Assembly (NCBI GenBank): GCA_951406725.2
Contig: OX597832.1
Coordinates: 11,966,001 to 12,030,000, forward strand
Length of the DNA: 64,000 nucleotides
Reading direction: 5' to 3'
From: Octopus vulgaris
Lineage: Eukaryota
The position numbers were made by a program, and so were the translations under genes. Position 1 is the stretch's first letter. Every line of letters starts with the position of its first letter. The notes beneath the pieces were generated by a model that worked only from the letters and a program-made list of their open reading frames with translations, did no database searches and had not been told where the DNA came from. This document shows positions 1 through 12,038 of the stretch, piece after piece.

Positions 1-32
1 TGTATATGCATGTATATATATGTGTGTGTCTG

Positions 33-67
<35 letters not shown>

Positions 68-72
68 TTCTC

Positions 73-133
<61 letters not shown>

Positions 134-266
134 ATATATATACAGAGTGACGAACGAAGTCCTTTTTCTCTGTACCTCTAATTGTTGTTTTTCCTATTCG
201 CCTTTGTATCGTCTATCTGTATATAGGTACTTTTTTTTTTGTTAAAACTACAAAAACTTCACACAA

Positions 267-304
267 CTATTTCTCAGAGTTTCACGTCCCCGTTCGTCGG
301 ACAG
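267..304 (-). ncRNA. Degenerate hammerhead, same family as 7570-7607
   Basis: Minus strand ctgt-CCGACGA-acg-ggga-cgt-GAAA-ctc-t-gag-AA-atag. Stems retained with changed loops; core and cleavage site mutated. Confidence 0.55.
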
Positions 305-769
305 CTGCTTTGCATTTATATGCTTACTCGTTTACATATCATATGAGCGTGTCTACACACCCACATATACAACTATATACCTGGACATACCACCCTTTCT
401 TATATCTCCTCCAACAACCTGTTCACCATGCGGTATTTTCCAACTAACTGTTCCCGCTGTACCAACATCGAATCACGACACCACCTGACCTCCGTCGACC
501 CATATGTTGCTATTATTCATATTATCTTAACATAAGTTCTCTCAATTCATTATTTCATTTGCATGGAGAAAGAAACATATGTATTTCACAAACTAAAATT
601 GCAGATTATTATATCAACACCAATATTGCCGTTATTGTGTTATTTACTTCTGAAATAGTTAAATAATATCGATCTAGAACACGTGCGATATTCTAAATTA
701 TATAACTCTGTCATTGAGTTATAATGGTTTATTGTCTGATAATAGTTTATTGGCCGAAGAATCGTTTGC

Positions 770-2215
770 CCCATAGGCACAGAACCAGAGATTTGGAGAA
801 GTGCGGTTAATCGATTAAATCAACTCCAGAGCTGCAATGTTATTTTCTGAATCGTAGTAGAGCGAAAGTTCGCTTCAGCAGGATCTGAACTTAGGAAGTA
901 ATGGGTAGGCAATAAACACCACAATGTCTTGTGTCCTTCACGCAAACTTGTTTTACCAATCCGTAGTTAAATGCTTGTCATTATTTAGTATTACAATCGT
1001 AAGCACGCTGCACGGAATGCTTAGCAGTATTTCGCCCGTCGCCAGGTTCTGACTTCAAATTCCACCGTGGTCGACTTTTTCTTTCATCCCTTCGGGGCCG
1101 AGAAATTAAGTAGTAGTTACACTACTGGAACCGATCCAATAGACTCACACCCTCACCCAAAATTGCTTTCATTGAGGCAAAATTTGAAAATATTATTCAG
1201 TATCACAAAGGCACGCAGGACGAAATGCTTAGCGGTATTTCGCCCGTTGCTAGGTTCTAAGTTCAAATTGCGCCGGAGTAGACATTACTTTTCATGCTTT
1301 CAGGGTCGATAAATTAAATATCAGTTGAGTACTGGGGTCGATGTAATCGACTATCCCCCTCCCACAAATTTCAGGTCTTGTGCCTATAATAGAAATAATT
1401 ATTTAGCATTACTAGATGACAAACTGGCAGAATCTTGAGCATGCTGAACGAAATACTCAACGAACGGTAGTTCGTCTATCTTCTAGTTCTGGGGTCAATG
1501 TAATCGACTTAACCCCTCCCACCATATTTAAGGCCCTGTGCCTTTAGTAGAAAGGATTATTAGAAGTACCTAGAAGGTGGCATGCTGGTAGAACCGTTAG
1601 CGGTATTTCGTCTGTCTTCATGTTCTGAGATGAAATTCCGCCGAGATCGACTTTGCCTTTTATCCGTTCGGAGCCGAAATAAGTACCAGTTGAACACTGG
1701 GGTTGATGTAATCGACTTCCTTACAATTTCAGGTCTTGTACCATTAGTAGAAAGGACTATTTAGTAATACAATAATGTGGTTAGCTAGCGGAATCATTAG
1801 AACATAGGAGACTATGCTTAATGGCAAGCTGACTGTCTTAAATTCTTCAGAGTTCTGCTTTGATTTTCATCATTTCGATGAAATAAGTAACAACTGATCA
1901 TCGTGGTCGATGTAACCGACTATCACCTACCCTATACATTTTAGGCCATGTACCTGTATGAGAAAAGATCAATCAATAATCTATGGTAAGCAGCGAGCCG
2001 ACCATGCACTATTACAACAATAAGAACGTCGGGCAAAATGCTTAGCAGCATTTCTTCCAGTCGATTCCAATGAGAGTTCAAACTTAGCAAGGGGTGACTT
2101 TGGTTTCATCATTTCAAGGTCAATAAAATCCGAGGTCTGGGGGCTGATGAAATCGATTTCCCCCTCCCTTCAAAATTGCAGGTCTTATGCCTAAAATTAG
2201 AGAAAATTAATTTTT
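770..2215 (+). mobile_element. Tandem array of diverged SINE-A copies (one minus copy, then ~6 head-to-tail plus copies)
   Basis: Recurrent aaatgcttagcggtatttcg...gttcaaattccgccg...gactttgcctttcatcctttcggggtcgataaa...ctggggtcgatgtaatcgac at ~995, 1205, 1420, 1575, 1780 and 1985. Core resembles the MetaSINE domain. Confidence 0.8.
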
Positions 2216-3815
2216 AGTGCAAGGAAAACCAAGATATCTTCCAGTTTATATTTTCTGCAAGGTCATTAATATTATCAACAGGGTGCTGCAGTCATTAATC
2301 ATATCCAATTCCAGATTAGACTAATTAAAATTCTAATTTTGTACAGTCCTTTTCTTCTTCTGAAGTTGGATAATCCCACGTTTATCAAGACCAGTTGTCA
2401 CATGATTTCACTTGTGAAGCTCAATAACTTTTTAAAACTAGCAATCAGCTCTAAACAGCAATCGAAACCCGATCACAGATTCAGCATGTTTCTCGAATAT
2501 TAATATTTTTCTCCACTGTTGCTCTTCTCTGTTATTGTAGTGAATGATAAGAATAATCAGAAGAATGGAGTTAACATAGCAGAAGGAAGAAGCATTCGAA
2601 ACGTGATAGGAATATGTTGTTATCTGAGAAGATAAATAATTATAACTAAATAATTCTGGCAGTACAACGATCTTCACACAGTTTTGACCGTGACTTGAAC
2701 ACAAATCTTGCCCAAATTTAATATCTCGGGGCGAATTTCAACAGACACTTAGACATTTCCTATAATTACTGAAATTCACAACACAATTCCTCTTCTCGAA
2801 GCAATCATTGTCGTTTATTTTATATTTTCTACATACATAGACATACATATATATATATACACATATATATACATATACATAAAAATAGAAATACACACAG
2901 AGATACAAGCACACAAATATACACACGCACATATACGCATACATATATATAAATATAGACACACATACATACATACATAGATACATATATAGTTTTGCAT
3001 TTAACCAAAGATTTATACGTTTTGAGTTATTATTTCTTTAGTTTTTGTTGTTTTTTTTTATTCATCTATCTTTCAGAATTCATTAATTATCTCGCTCTCT
3101 CCTTTTCTATTTTTCTTCTCTTTTCACTATCTATCAATTTACACATTAAAAAAATAAATCAGATAGTGCTTCCGAAAGAAAAGCAAAATAAGAACATCGA
3201 CTACAATCATTATCAATAACAAGAACTGTATCAATGGCAATTCTCTTACATTTCCTAAGGCGCTATGGAATGTTTGTTTTAAATTGGGAGATGATACAGA
3301 ATTAAAATGACCGAGTCGATAAGTTGTCGGGATATCAAATATTGGATTGTAAGGTTTCTGTGTAGGCTTTCTCTACGTTGTTAGTTTTTATGTGTGCGCG
3401 GGGACAAGATAATTATTGTCGAGGCAAACCTACATAATTGTGTCGATGATATTTAGTGAATGCACACACAATCACAAACACGCACAAGTACAGACACCAA
3501 ACAACACGCACGTACACACATATATGCAATCAATACAGCATTGTTATAGTAAAAACAGTTCTTTGATAAATGCGTTAGTTTTAACATAAGAAATGAAAAA
3601 GGTAGAAAATAATGTCTATGATTTTGGAGTTCAGTGTTCTATATGAAAGAAACGAAACGAGTTGGAAATATAGAAATGCAGACATAGATAGACAGACACA
3701 GAGAGAAAGAAATAAAGATAGAGAAGTACGTAGGTAGATATAAAGATAGATAGGTAAAGGAATGGATAGACTGAGAGGTAAATAAGTCCAAAGAAACATG
3801 GATATATATATATAT

Positions 3816-4191
3816 AGGCGCAGGAGTGGCTAAGTAGCTTGCTAACCAACCACATGGTTCCTGGTTCAGTTACACTGCGTGGCATCTTGGGCAAGTGTCT
3901 TCTGCTATAGTCTCGGGTAGACGGAAACTGTAAGAAGCATGTCGTATATAGGTATATATATGTGTATGTGTGTGTATATGTTTGTGTGTCTGTGTTTTTC
4001 CCTCTAGCAATGCTTGACAACCGATGCTGGTGTGTTTACGTCCCTGTCACTTAGCGGTTCGGCAAAAGAGGCCGATAGAATAAGTACTGGGCTTTACAAA
4101 GAATAAGTCCCGGGGTCGATTTGCTCGACTAAAGGCGGTGCTCCAGCATGGCCGCAGTCAAATGACTGAAACATGTAAAAGCGTAAAAGAG
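3816..4191 (+). mobile_element. SINE-B (tRNA-derived head, CORE-like ttgggcaagtgtctt, internal microsatellite, gtaaaaga tail)
   Basis: aggcgcaggagtggct...ggttcagt...ttgggcaagtgtcttct...ccagcatggccgcagtcaaatgactgaaac; about nine copies in the window. Confidence 0.88.
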
Positions 4192-4210
4192 TATATATAT
4201 ATATATATAT

Positions 4211-4252
<42 letters not shown>

Positions 4253-4618
4253 AGACAAAGAAGCAGGCATACAGAAAAATGTTAAAAGGAACATTATTTA
4301 CAAAGATAAGATCAAAAAACGTATCACTCAGACAGATGGCCGTCATCAAAAATCTCGGTGCGCGTATGTGTGTGTATGTTCGTGCGCATGTTGCGCGTGT
4401 CACACGTGGGTCCCCATATATTAATACATGTGTGTCAGTCGATGAAAGTCTCGCTGCTGTTTTACGAAATATTAGTCTGAATAAATTAGAGTGTATATAC
4501 AGACATACATATATACATACATACATATATACATATATATATATATACCGGAGTAAACACATAAATGTGAAACAAGGTGGAAAAAAGAGTACTCAAATAC
4601 CAGTGGTAGAGTAATATG

Positions 4619-5694
4619 CTTTATTTTAAGCAGCAGAAAAATCAACAAAATCTGTTACTCTGAGTTTCTCGTTGCCGTTCATCAGACAGTTTTTGCTAGA
4701 ATGGAACATATATATTAATTCAATCTATACTCTTACAAACGCTACACCTTTAAAAAGAAATGGACTTGTTTGATTGGACCTTTAGAAAAAAACGGTCAAT
4801 CTTCGAGCGATAAACAAAAAGGTCAAAAATATATGTATATATATATAAAAACTTATAAAAATTATAAAATCCGAGGAAAATACCGAGGAAAAAACCTGTT
4901 GCCGTTAATGAAGACAGTACAAATTAATGCATAGAAATTAAACCTGTTATAAATACTGCAATACATATTTATATTAAAATCCACATATATATATCAACAT
5001 ACACAAAAGGATGCGCGTAAACGCCATACATACATATACAGACGTATGAATATGAATCTAAATTATACACATAAAAGCATGTGTACATATATTCACGCAA
5101 ACCGTCTCGCACGCAAGCTAAAATTCATCTATGTAGCAATTCTCATATACTGAGCAAGGAGGGGGAACGAAAGAAAGGGAAAGAGAGAAAAGGAGGAACG
5201 GAGGACTTGTAGCGATGTTATTTGGCATCTATAGAGGCCTGTATACATACACAAGTTTGAATTGATACATATACATACCGTCGTGTATATGTGTGCTTAA
5301 GCACAAGCATACTTTCACTCACACATACACAGATACGCATGCTTACAAATACATATGCTTTGCTATACACAAACTTATATAAACATTCTAAATTTGACAA
5401 CATTGCTTTTTTTATAAAAAAACATTGCTTTTAAAAAATGGGTGCATTAATAAAAATATATACGAAAGACCTATAAAATAAAATATAACATCCTATTTTG
5501 GGTCATTTATAAATAATCAAGGTAATATAAATAATCAAGGTAATCTTATGCAATACAATAACATGAAAACAAAGTTTGTAGGTTTTTCCTAATATATATG
5601 TAGAAACAATAAGACTTTGCTATAGGTCCGTTGTAGCGCTCAAGAGTCAAAATCAAAATCAAAAAATCAAAATACAAAATATATACTCTATCCA
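4619..5694 (-). repeat. Left arm of long inverted repeat (inverted copy of PLE 3' UTR/pLTR)
   Basis: Reverse complement of 6561-7640 throughout (ctttattttaagcagc...ctctatcca). I saw one substitution near 5637, homopolymer slips and one divergent patch at ~5190-5215. Confidence 0.97.
4652..4689 (-). ncRNA. Minimal type I hammerhead ribozyme (copy in left arm)
   Basis: Exact reverse complement of 7570-7607. Confidence 0.8.
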
Positions 5695-6567
5695 CCAGTT
5701 ATCCTTAGCAACTTAGTCAGCAATGTAGGTAGAAGAATATCTTCAATTTCTTCGGACGAGGCAGCATTCCATAATGCTGCACCTTATTACGATAGCGCAT
5801 TAAAGAATAGTGGATTCTCGGAGAAGATCCAGTTCAACCAGCTTAATGCTAATAATAATGCTGCACGAAGAACTAGGACTAGGAAAGTTTTGTGGTTCAA
5901 CCCGGCTTTCAATTTGGCCGTAAAGACTAATATAGGTAAGGAATTTTTGAGATTAGTCTCTAAGCATTTTAGGCAGGGTCATAAATTCTACAGAATATTT
6001 AATAGAAGAACCCTGAAGGTTAGCTATTCTTGTTGCAGAAATTTCGCCTCTTACATTAGCCAACATAATAGGAAGCTAATTGAGATTAGACATGGTGCCG
6101 AGCCCATTAAGAAATGTAATTTCAAAAACGAAAGCTCCTGTCCGTTAGAAGGGAAATGTCTAGTGAAAGGAGTAGTTTATAGAGCCAAGGTGCAAGTGGA
6201 AGGCTCATCGGAATACAAGACATACACAGGGGCTTCAGAAAATTCATTTAAAACAAGATTTTATTCTCATAAGAATTCTTTTAAATACCCAGAGAATAGA
6301 AAGAAAACCAGCCTAGCAAAATATGTCTGGGAACTAAAAGAAAAGGAAGCCCCACCTTTCAACGTGACATGGAGCATTCTGGACAGGGCGGCACCATACA
6401 GGCATGGAGCTTACAAATATAATTTCAAGTGCAGGCTTTGCTTATTAGAAAAAATGCATATATTATTCAAAGACAATAATTCTTTGAATCAAAGAAGTGA
6501 ATTAATGAACTTATGTAGGCACAAGGCTAAATTTAAAATGTCGAATATAAATATACCATATGGATAG
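5692..6567 (+). CDS. PLE polyprotein C-terminal fragment (RT thumb/linker + Cys-rich linker + GIY-YIG endonuclease), ~291 codons, no native start
   Basis: The frame of ORF 5890-6567 stays open upstream: PPVILSNLVSNVGRRISSISSDEAAFHNAAPYYDSALKNSGF...RKVLWFNPAFNLAVKTNIGKEFL...KVSYSC...HN...KCNF...CPLEGKCL..GVVY...YTG...FKTRFYSH...CRLCLLEK...LNQRSE...CRH. GVVY/YTG = GIY/YIG, followed by the conserved R, E and N. Motif set resembles Naiad-type PLEs (from recall). Confidence 0.88.
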   Translation, partial: PPVILSNLVSNVGRRISSISSDEAAFHNAAPYYDSALKNSGFSEKIQFNQLNANNNAARRTRTRKVLWFNPAFNLAVKTNIGKEFLRLVSKHFRQGHKFYRIFNRRTLKVSYSCCRNFASYISQHNRKLIEIRHGAEPIKKCNFKNESSCPLEGKCLVKGVVYRAKVQVEGSSEYKTYTGASENSFKTRFYSHKNSFKYPENRKKTSLAKYVWELKEKEAPPFNVTWSILDRAAPYRHGAYKYNFKCRLCLLEKMHILFKDNNSLNQRSELMNLCRHKAKFKMSNINIPYG

Positions 6568-7639
6568 AGTATATATTTTGTATTTTGATTTTTTGATTTT
6601 GATTTTGACTCTTGAGCACTACAACGGACCTATAGCAAAGTCTTATTGTTTCTACATATATATTAGGAAAAACCTACAAACTTTGTTTTCATGTTATTGT
6701 ATTGCATAAGATTACCTTGATTATTTATATTACCTTGATTATTTATAAATGACCCAAAATAGGATGTTATATTTTATTTTATAGGTCTTTCGTATATATT
6801 TTTATTAATGCACCCATTTTTTAAAAGCAATGTTTTTTTATAAAAAAAGCAATGTTGTCAAATTTAGAATGTTTATATAAGTTTGTGTATAGCAAAGCAT
6901 ATGTATTTGTAAGCATGCGTATCTGTGTATGTGTGAGTGAAAGTATGCTTGTGCTTAAGCACACATATACACGACGGTATGTATATGTATCAATTCAAAC
7001 TTGTGTATGTATACAGGCCTCTATAGATGCCAAATAACATCGCAAGTTTTACCCCTCCTCCGTTCCTTTTTCTCTCTTTCCCTTTCTTTCGTTCCCCCTC
7101 CTTGCTCAGTATATGAGAATTGCTACATAGATGAATTTTAGCTTGCGTGCGAGACGGTTTGCGTGAATATATGTACACATGCTTTTATGTGTATAATTTA
7201 GATTCATATTCATACGTCTGTATATGTATGTATGGCGTTTACGCGCATCCTTTTGTGTATGTTGATATATATATGTGGATTTTAATATAAATATGTATTG
7301 CAGTATTTATAACAGGTTTAATTTCTATGCATTAATTTGTACTGTCTTCATTAACGGCAACAGGTTTTTTCCTCGGTATTTTCCTCGGATTTTATAATTT
7401 TTATAAGTTTTTATATATATATACATATATTTTTGACCTTTTTGTTTATCGCTCGAAGATTGACCGTTTTTTTCTAAAGGTCCAATCAAACAAGTCCATT
7501 TCTTTTTAAAGGTGTAGCGTTTGTAAGAGTATAGATTGAATTAATATATATGTTCCATTCTAGCAAAAACTGTCTGATGAACGGCAACGAGAAACTCAGA
7601 GTAACAGATTTTGTTGATTTTTCTGCTGCTTAAAATAAA

Positions 7640-7640
<1 letters not shown>
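6561..7640 (+). repeat. Right arm of long inverted repeat (PLE 3' UTR/pLTR)
   Basis: tggatagag...gcttaaaataaag. Mirror ORFs 5218-5403(-) and 6852-7037(+) in the track have identical translations. Confidence 0.97.
7570..7607 (+). ncRNA. Minimal type I hammerhead ribozyme (PLE-type)
   Basis: ctgt-CTGATGA-a-cg-gcaa-cg-a-GAAA-ctc-a-gag-TA-acag: intact core, stems I, II and III. Confidence 0.8.
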
Positions 7641-7682
<42 letters not shown>

Positions 7683-7685
<3 letters not shown>

Positions 7686-8421
7686 AAATATTAGGGAATA
7701 AATCCAAACTTACAGGGAAAAATCAGAGTTAGGATTGAATCCAATTTTATAGTAAAATATTATATTATATTAAATTAGAGATAAAACCACTATTAGACAA
7801 ATCATACAATGAAAAACTTAAGCCAATACATATGATTGATTAAGTTATATTATTTAAATATGTATCAAAATTATTAAAAAAGTTAATTAATATAACACTA
7901 CGATCGTTTCATGGCTGTTCAATTCTTAAAATTTTCGAGTTACAGTCATTCTTCAGGTGGTTTAAATATTTAACTTGGCGCGGTTTAATCAATGTAATAA
8001 AAGTAAGAAAGCGGAGAGTTAATCATGCATGATTATTTTATTTGTATCATGTTAAGCGCAATAAAATACAGCAAATAAGTGAATACGAATAAAATTTAAA
8101 GAAACATATAATTATAAAAATAACCATTAAAAGGCCTACACATGTTTCAATCTAGTCGTTAGGGAAACAGTGCTATTTTATAATTATATGTTTCTTTCAA
8201 ATTTGCATTCACTTGTTTGCTATATTTTATTGTGTTTAAGATGATACAAATGAAATAAGCATCCATAGTTAACACTCCATTTTCTTATATGAATATAAAA
8301 TGTAACTTAAACTGCTTATCCGTATATGTTAAGCTCTTTCTCCCAATATATCAGCGATAATACCAGTGGATCCTTGGATTTTATAATCCCAAAGGAGGAC
8401 ATTACATCCTCGATTTGACTA
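7683..8421 (-). mobile_element. Older PLE pLTR relic with internal diverged inverted repeat
   Basis: Bounded by (TA)n; contains HHR 7896-7959, a half-HHR (GAAAcatgTGtagg, ~8134-8148) and ~120-bp inverted arms 8003-8124 / 8172-8288. Confidence 0.55.
7896..7959 (-). ncRNA. Type I hammerhead ribozyme with long stem II
   Basis: Minus strand cac-CTGAAGA-atgactgt-(23 nt)-acagccat-GAAA-cgatcg-TA-gtg; palindromic stem III. Confidence 0.72.
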
Positions 8422-8422
8422 C

Positions 8423-8458
<36 letters not shown>

Positions 8459-8551
8459 AATGCATCTCCCTCTCTTTCTCTCTCTCTGTCTCTCTCTCTC
8501 TATATATATATGTATGTGTTTGGAAATGTTTATTTAAGCTCACAAATATAA

Positions 8552-8606
<55 letters not shown>

Positions 8607-11169
8607 CACCCACGCATATTCAGCATGAATTAGTATTGTAATAATATCATCTTAGGAATGATGTACAAGAAATGTTTACTCTTCCTTGACTTCAGTTTCC
8701 ATGCTGACAGAATCATTATTCTGAAGTATACGTTTTGAAAGAAAGTTGATGTTCAAAGCATATCTACTTGAAGTTCTTGACCTGATTTATAAAGGAATTT
8801 CCCACATCGCCTTGAAATTCCTGACCTGCTATAATAAATAAATCACTGTACATAATGTATTAAAGGATTGAAGTTACTGACAATGTTTAAAAGAAAAGAA
8901 AATAACTGCATATCAGATATAATATTAGTCTAAGTTGTGCATTGACTGCATCGCAAAGAAACACATGATTTGAACTCCTGTCATAACGTCAAATAAATGA
9001 AGGCTCCAAATATGAAGTCTGAGGTTTTGAAATCACATGACGCTCTGGAATGATTTAACAAATAAGGAAACAAGACAATTTATAACGTATCATGGCAAAG
9101 TATACAAAAAATGTCATAAACACAATTGAAAACAAGAACAAGAATGTTAAAATATGTAGAACTTGAAAACCGGAATGCTATGCAAATCACAGGTTTTGAG
9201 GAAATATATCCAGGAAAGTATGTTATTGTTTGTACTGTAGTTAGCCACGCTGATGTAGATCTATGTTCAACATCATACCGAACTGTAATTTCTTTTCCTT
9301 TTGCCACCAGTATTGCTAGTAAGCTAGCAATAGATAATAATGGTTAAAAAGAGACCATGAGCGTTGGCTAGAAGGATATTGAGTTTAACTTCATAACCAG
9401 CTAATCTAGCAAGCGGGGCCTCATATCAGTGAGGGGGGCCGGTGCGCATTGATGCCGTCCAGAGGTAGGCCCCGAAACGGCGCGCATTCTCTTCTGATGA
9501 CCCCGTACACTTGCTGGCTTCCGGTATACGGAGCTTTTGACTGGTAGCACTTGCATGTGCAAGTTGTTTGCGAGACGTGGGCATTATATGTAACAGGTGA
9601 TTAGAAGGAAATCCCGCTTTTATTTATAATTAGTGGAGCGATTATGTAAATTAGTGCTGGATAAATAACTACCAGATGTAAACCATTCCTGAGAGAGTCT
9701 CTCAAGAGAAAAAACAATTTAAAAAATTGGTATTATGCATTCTATAAGTACCCAAATTAAACTACTTAACACAGTTTCGTAGGAAATATAATGTATGGCA
9801 TTATGGAACATCATCAGTGAATGACTTCAGATATAACTACTAACGTAACTTACTTGTAAGACGGCCATTTGGTTGAATCGTTATAGAGTATCAGTAATCG
9901 TTCCAACTCTTTGTGCTCTGATGTCATCTGTGCCTTTCATCATACCCGGGATGATATATAAATTACATCTCCTTTACCGGGATGTCTCTTTCCTTTCCTG
10001 AACTCTTTCTTACTCTCTGTCTCCATATCTTCTTCTGGAAGAAACTGACTGTAGAGAGAACTGTAAAATGATGGCCTTCACCGGGTATACAAATGCATCA
10101 AGACATGCTGTATTTTACATCGGTGACGCAACGACTCCACCCAGGGATTAAGGGCCCGTAGCAAGGCTTGACAAATTACTATCCACCCCCACCGAGTGGG
10201 AGGCACTCTACTCTTGGCTAACTGAGGCATCATTGGGGGATATTTTGTCGCTATTTATAATGTACTAGGGGTTAGAAAAACTGATTAAATAATGTTGCGT
10301 TGAATCTCATATCTGGAAACTAAAGCAGATCGAGTAAGTAAACAGATTGAGCATAGCTCTTTCGCTCAGATCTGTATTGGGTTCAATGGAAAACAACCCT
10401 CAGCTTAGGAATATTTGTTATGTTACTATATAAAACAACACTTAAAGATGATATAACTACTATGCTGATAAATACTTCATGTTGGAAACATTTTTTTTCA
10501 AATCTCACCCGAACATTACTGCATGAACATTTTAACGAGAAATACGTGTATCATAAAATACAAAATAATCTAGACGAGAACAGAACAATCTTCTTTAAAA
10601 GATATCAAGTCCTTAAAAAAAGACATTAATAACTGTAAAAGTTGTATAATACAACTAAAATGAAATACAAATAAATATATTAACAATATTTTCTTACTCA
10701 CGAATCCCGAAAGACACTTGAAACTTAGCTTTTCTTATTTTTTTCTACTTTAGCATAATGATTTCTGGTGCAATCAAGCTATGGTAAAAGCATAGAAAAA
10801 TAAACATGATGTATAATTTATTTGCTTTGTTAGTGACTGGGATATTTACAAATCATTAAAATATATATATAACTCGGAAGCAGACGCAAAATAATAATAA
10901 ACTTAATTTAGATCGAGTTACAGAACAGTCTTTAAAAATACTGCATTATCTTAGTATAAACACATTCGCCGCTCCTACACACACACGTGCACGCGCACGT
11001 ACACACACAACAACATATATACACACATGCGTACACATTAACATATAACAAGTACTGCACAAACGTATAAATTTAGATATCATCGATGCATACTATAGCA
11101 CCAATATATATGTATGTATATACGAACAACAACACTTAGATAAAGCCCAGTATATATGTATATATATAT

Positions 11170-11243
11170 AAAAGGGCTTAGTAAAATAAATTACTTTGCC
11201 GTATTTTACTAAGCCCTTTTATTTTACTAAGCCCTTTTATATA
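11170..11243. repeat. 19-bp-arm perfect hairpin with duplicated right arm, next to (TA)n
   Basis: aaaagggcttagtaaaata-13 nt-tattttactaagccctttt, then attttactaagcccttttata again. Confidence 0.9.
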
Positions 11244-11335
11244 ATGTAATAATTTGAATTCGCCTTAAATGTTCCCTTTGTATACTGAATACTTGGTGAA
11301 ATTGATTAATTAATTAATTTTACCCTCAATTGTTG

Positions 11336-11371
<36 letters not shown>

Positions 11372-11626
11372 GCGGCGATATACATATGTGTGTGAGAGTG
11401 CGAACGCACGTGTGTGAACGTGTGTAGTCTATTGATGACAGTGTACTAGGTAGTTACACTGGATTTTCACGACGTACTACTTTGCCTGCATACAAGTCAA
11501 ATAATCCTAGATTTACCTGCCCCAAGAAACGACGACTGCCCAAGATCACTGGATCAGGAAAAATAGACTATTGTATCAGTTTACAGAGTACTCTTATCCG
11601 ACTGGATAGTTGCCCATCACATCAAA

Positions 11627-11664
<38 letters not shown>

Positions 11665-11667
<3 letters not shown>

Positions 11668-12038
11668 CGTGGGAGTGGCTGTGAGGTAAGTAGCTTGCTT
11701 ACCAACCACATGGTTCCGGGTTGAGTCCCATTGCGTCGCACTTTGGGGAAGTGTCTTCTACTATAGCTTCGGGCCGACCAAAAAGTTGTGAGTAGATTTG
11801 GTCGACGGAAACTGAAAGAAGACCAGTATATATATATATGTCCCCCACATCGTTTGACAACCGATGCTGGTGTGTTTACGTCCCCGTAACTTAGCGGTTC
11901 AGCAAAAGACACCGATAGAATGAGTACTAAGTTTAAAAACAATAAGTCTTGGATGTCGATTGGCTCGACTAAAGGCGGTGCTCCAGCATGGACGCAGTGA
12001 AAATGACTGAGACAAGTAAACGAGTAAAGAGTAAAGAG
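11665..12038 (+). mobile_element. SINE-B
   Basis: Colinear with 3816-4191. Confidence 0.88.

Larger units (their letters stand above)
4549..7640 (+). mobile_element. Penelope-like retroelement, 5'-truncated, with inverted pseudo-LTR, inserted in (TA)n
   Basis: GIY-YIG/RT-thumb ORF between ~1.08-kb inverted repeats; minimal hammerhead in each arm; (TA)n on both flanks (ends 4548, starts 7641); left arm has 70 extra bp (4549-4618). Confidence 0.9.

Noticed and set aside
2438-2704. 88-aa ORF in unique sequence
   Set aside because: Non-ATG start, no motif and no clear splice signals.
5692-6700. Selenocysteine recoding/SECIS as reported for some Naiad PLEs
   Set aside because: No in-frame TGA in the visible fragment, and no convincing SECIS found by eye.
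5218-7037. Identical 61-aa ORF pair
   Set aside because: A consequence of the inverted repeat; low-complexity UTR sequence.
4619-7640. DNA transposon with long TIRs (Polinton/Foldback/Mutator)
   Set aside because: Cargo is a PLE thumb+GIY-YIG, the arms are the ORF's own 3' UTR with HHRs, the ends are asymmetric, and there is no DDE transposase.
9455-9540. GAAAC and CTGATGA close together (hammerhead?)
   Set aside because: No compatible stems in any permutation; likewise 34980-35012 and the ctgatga in the mariner end at 36547.
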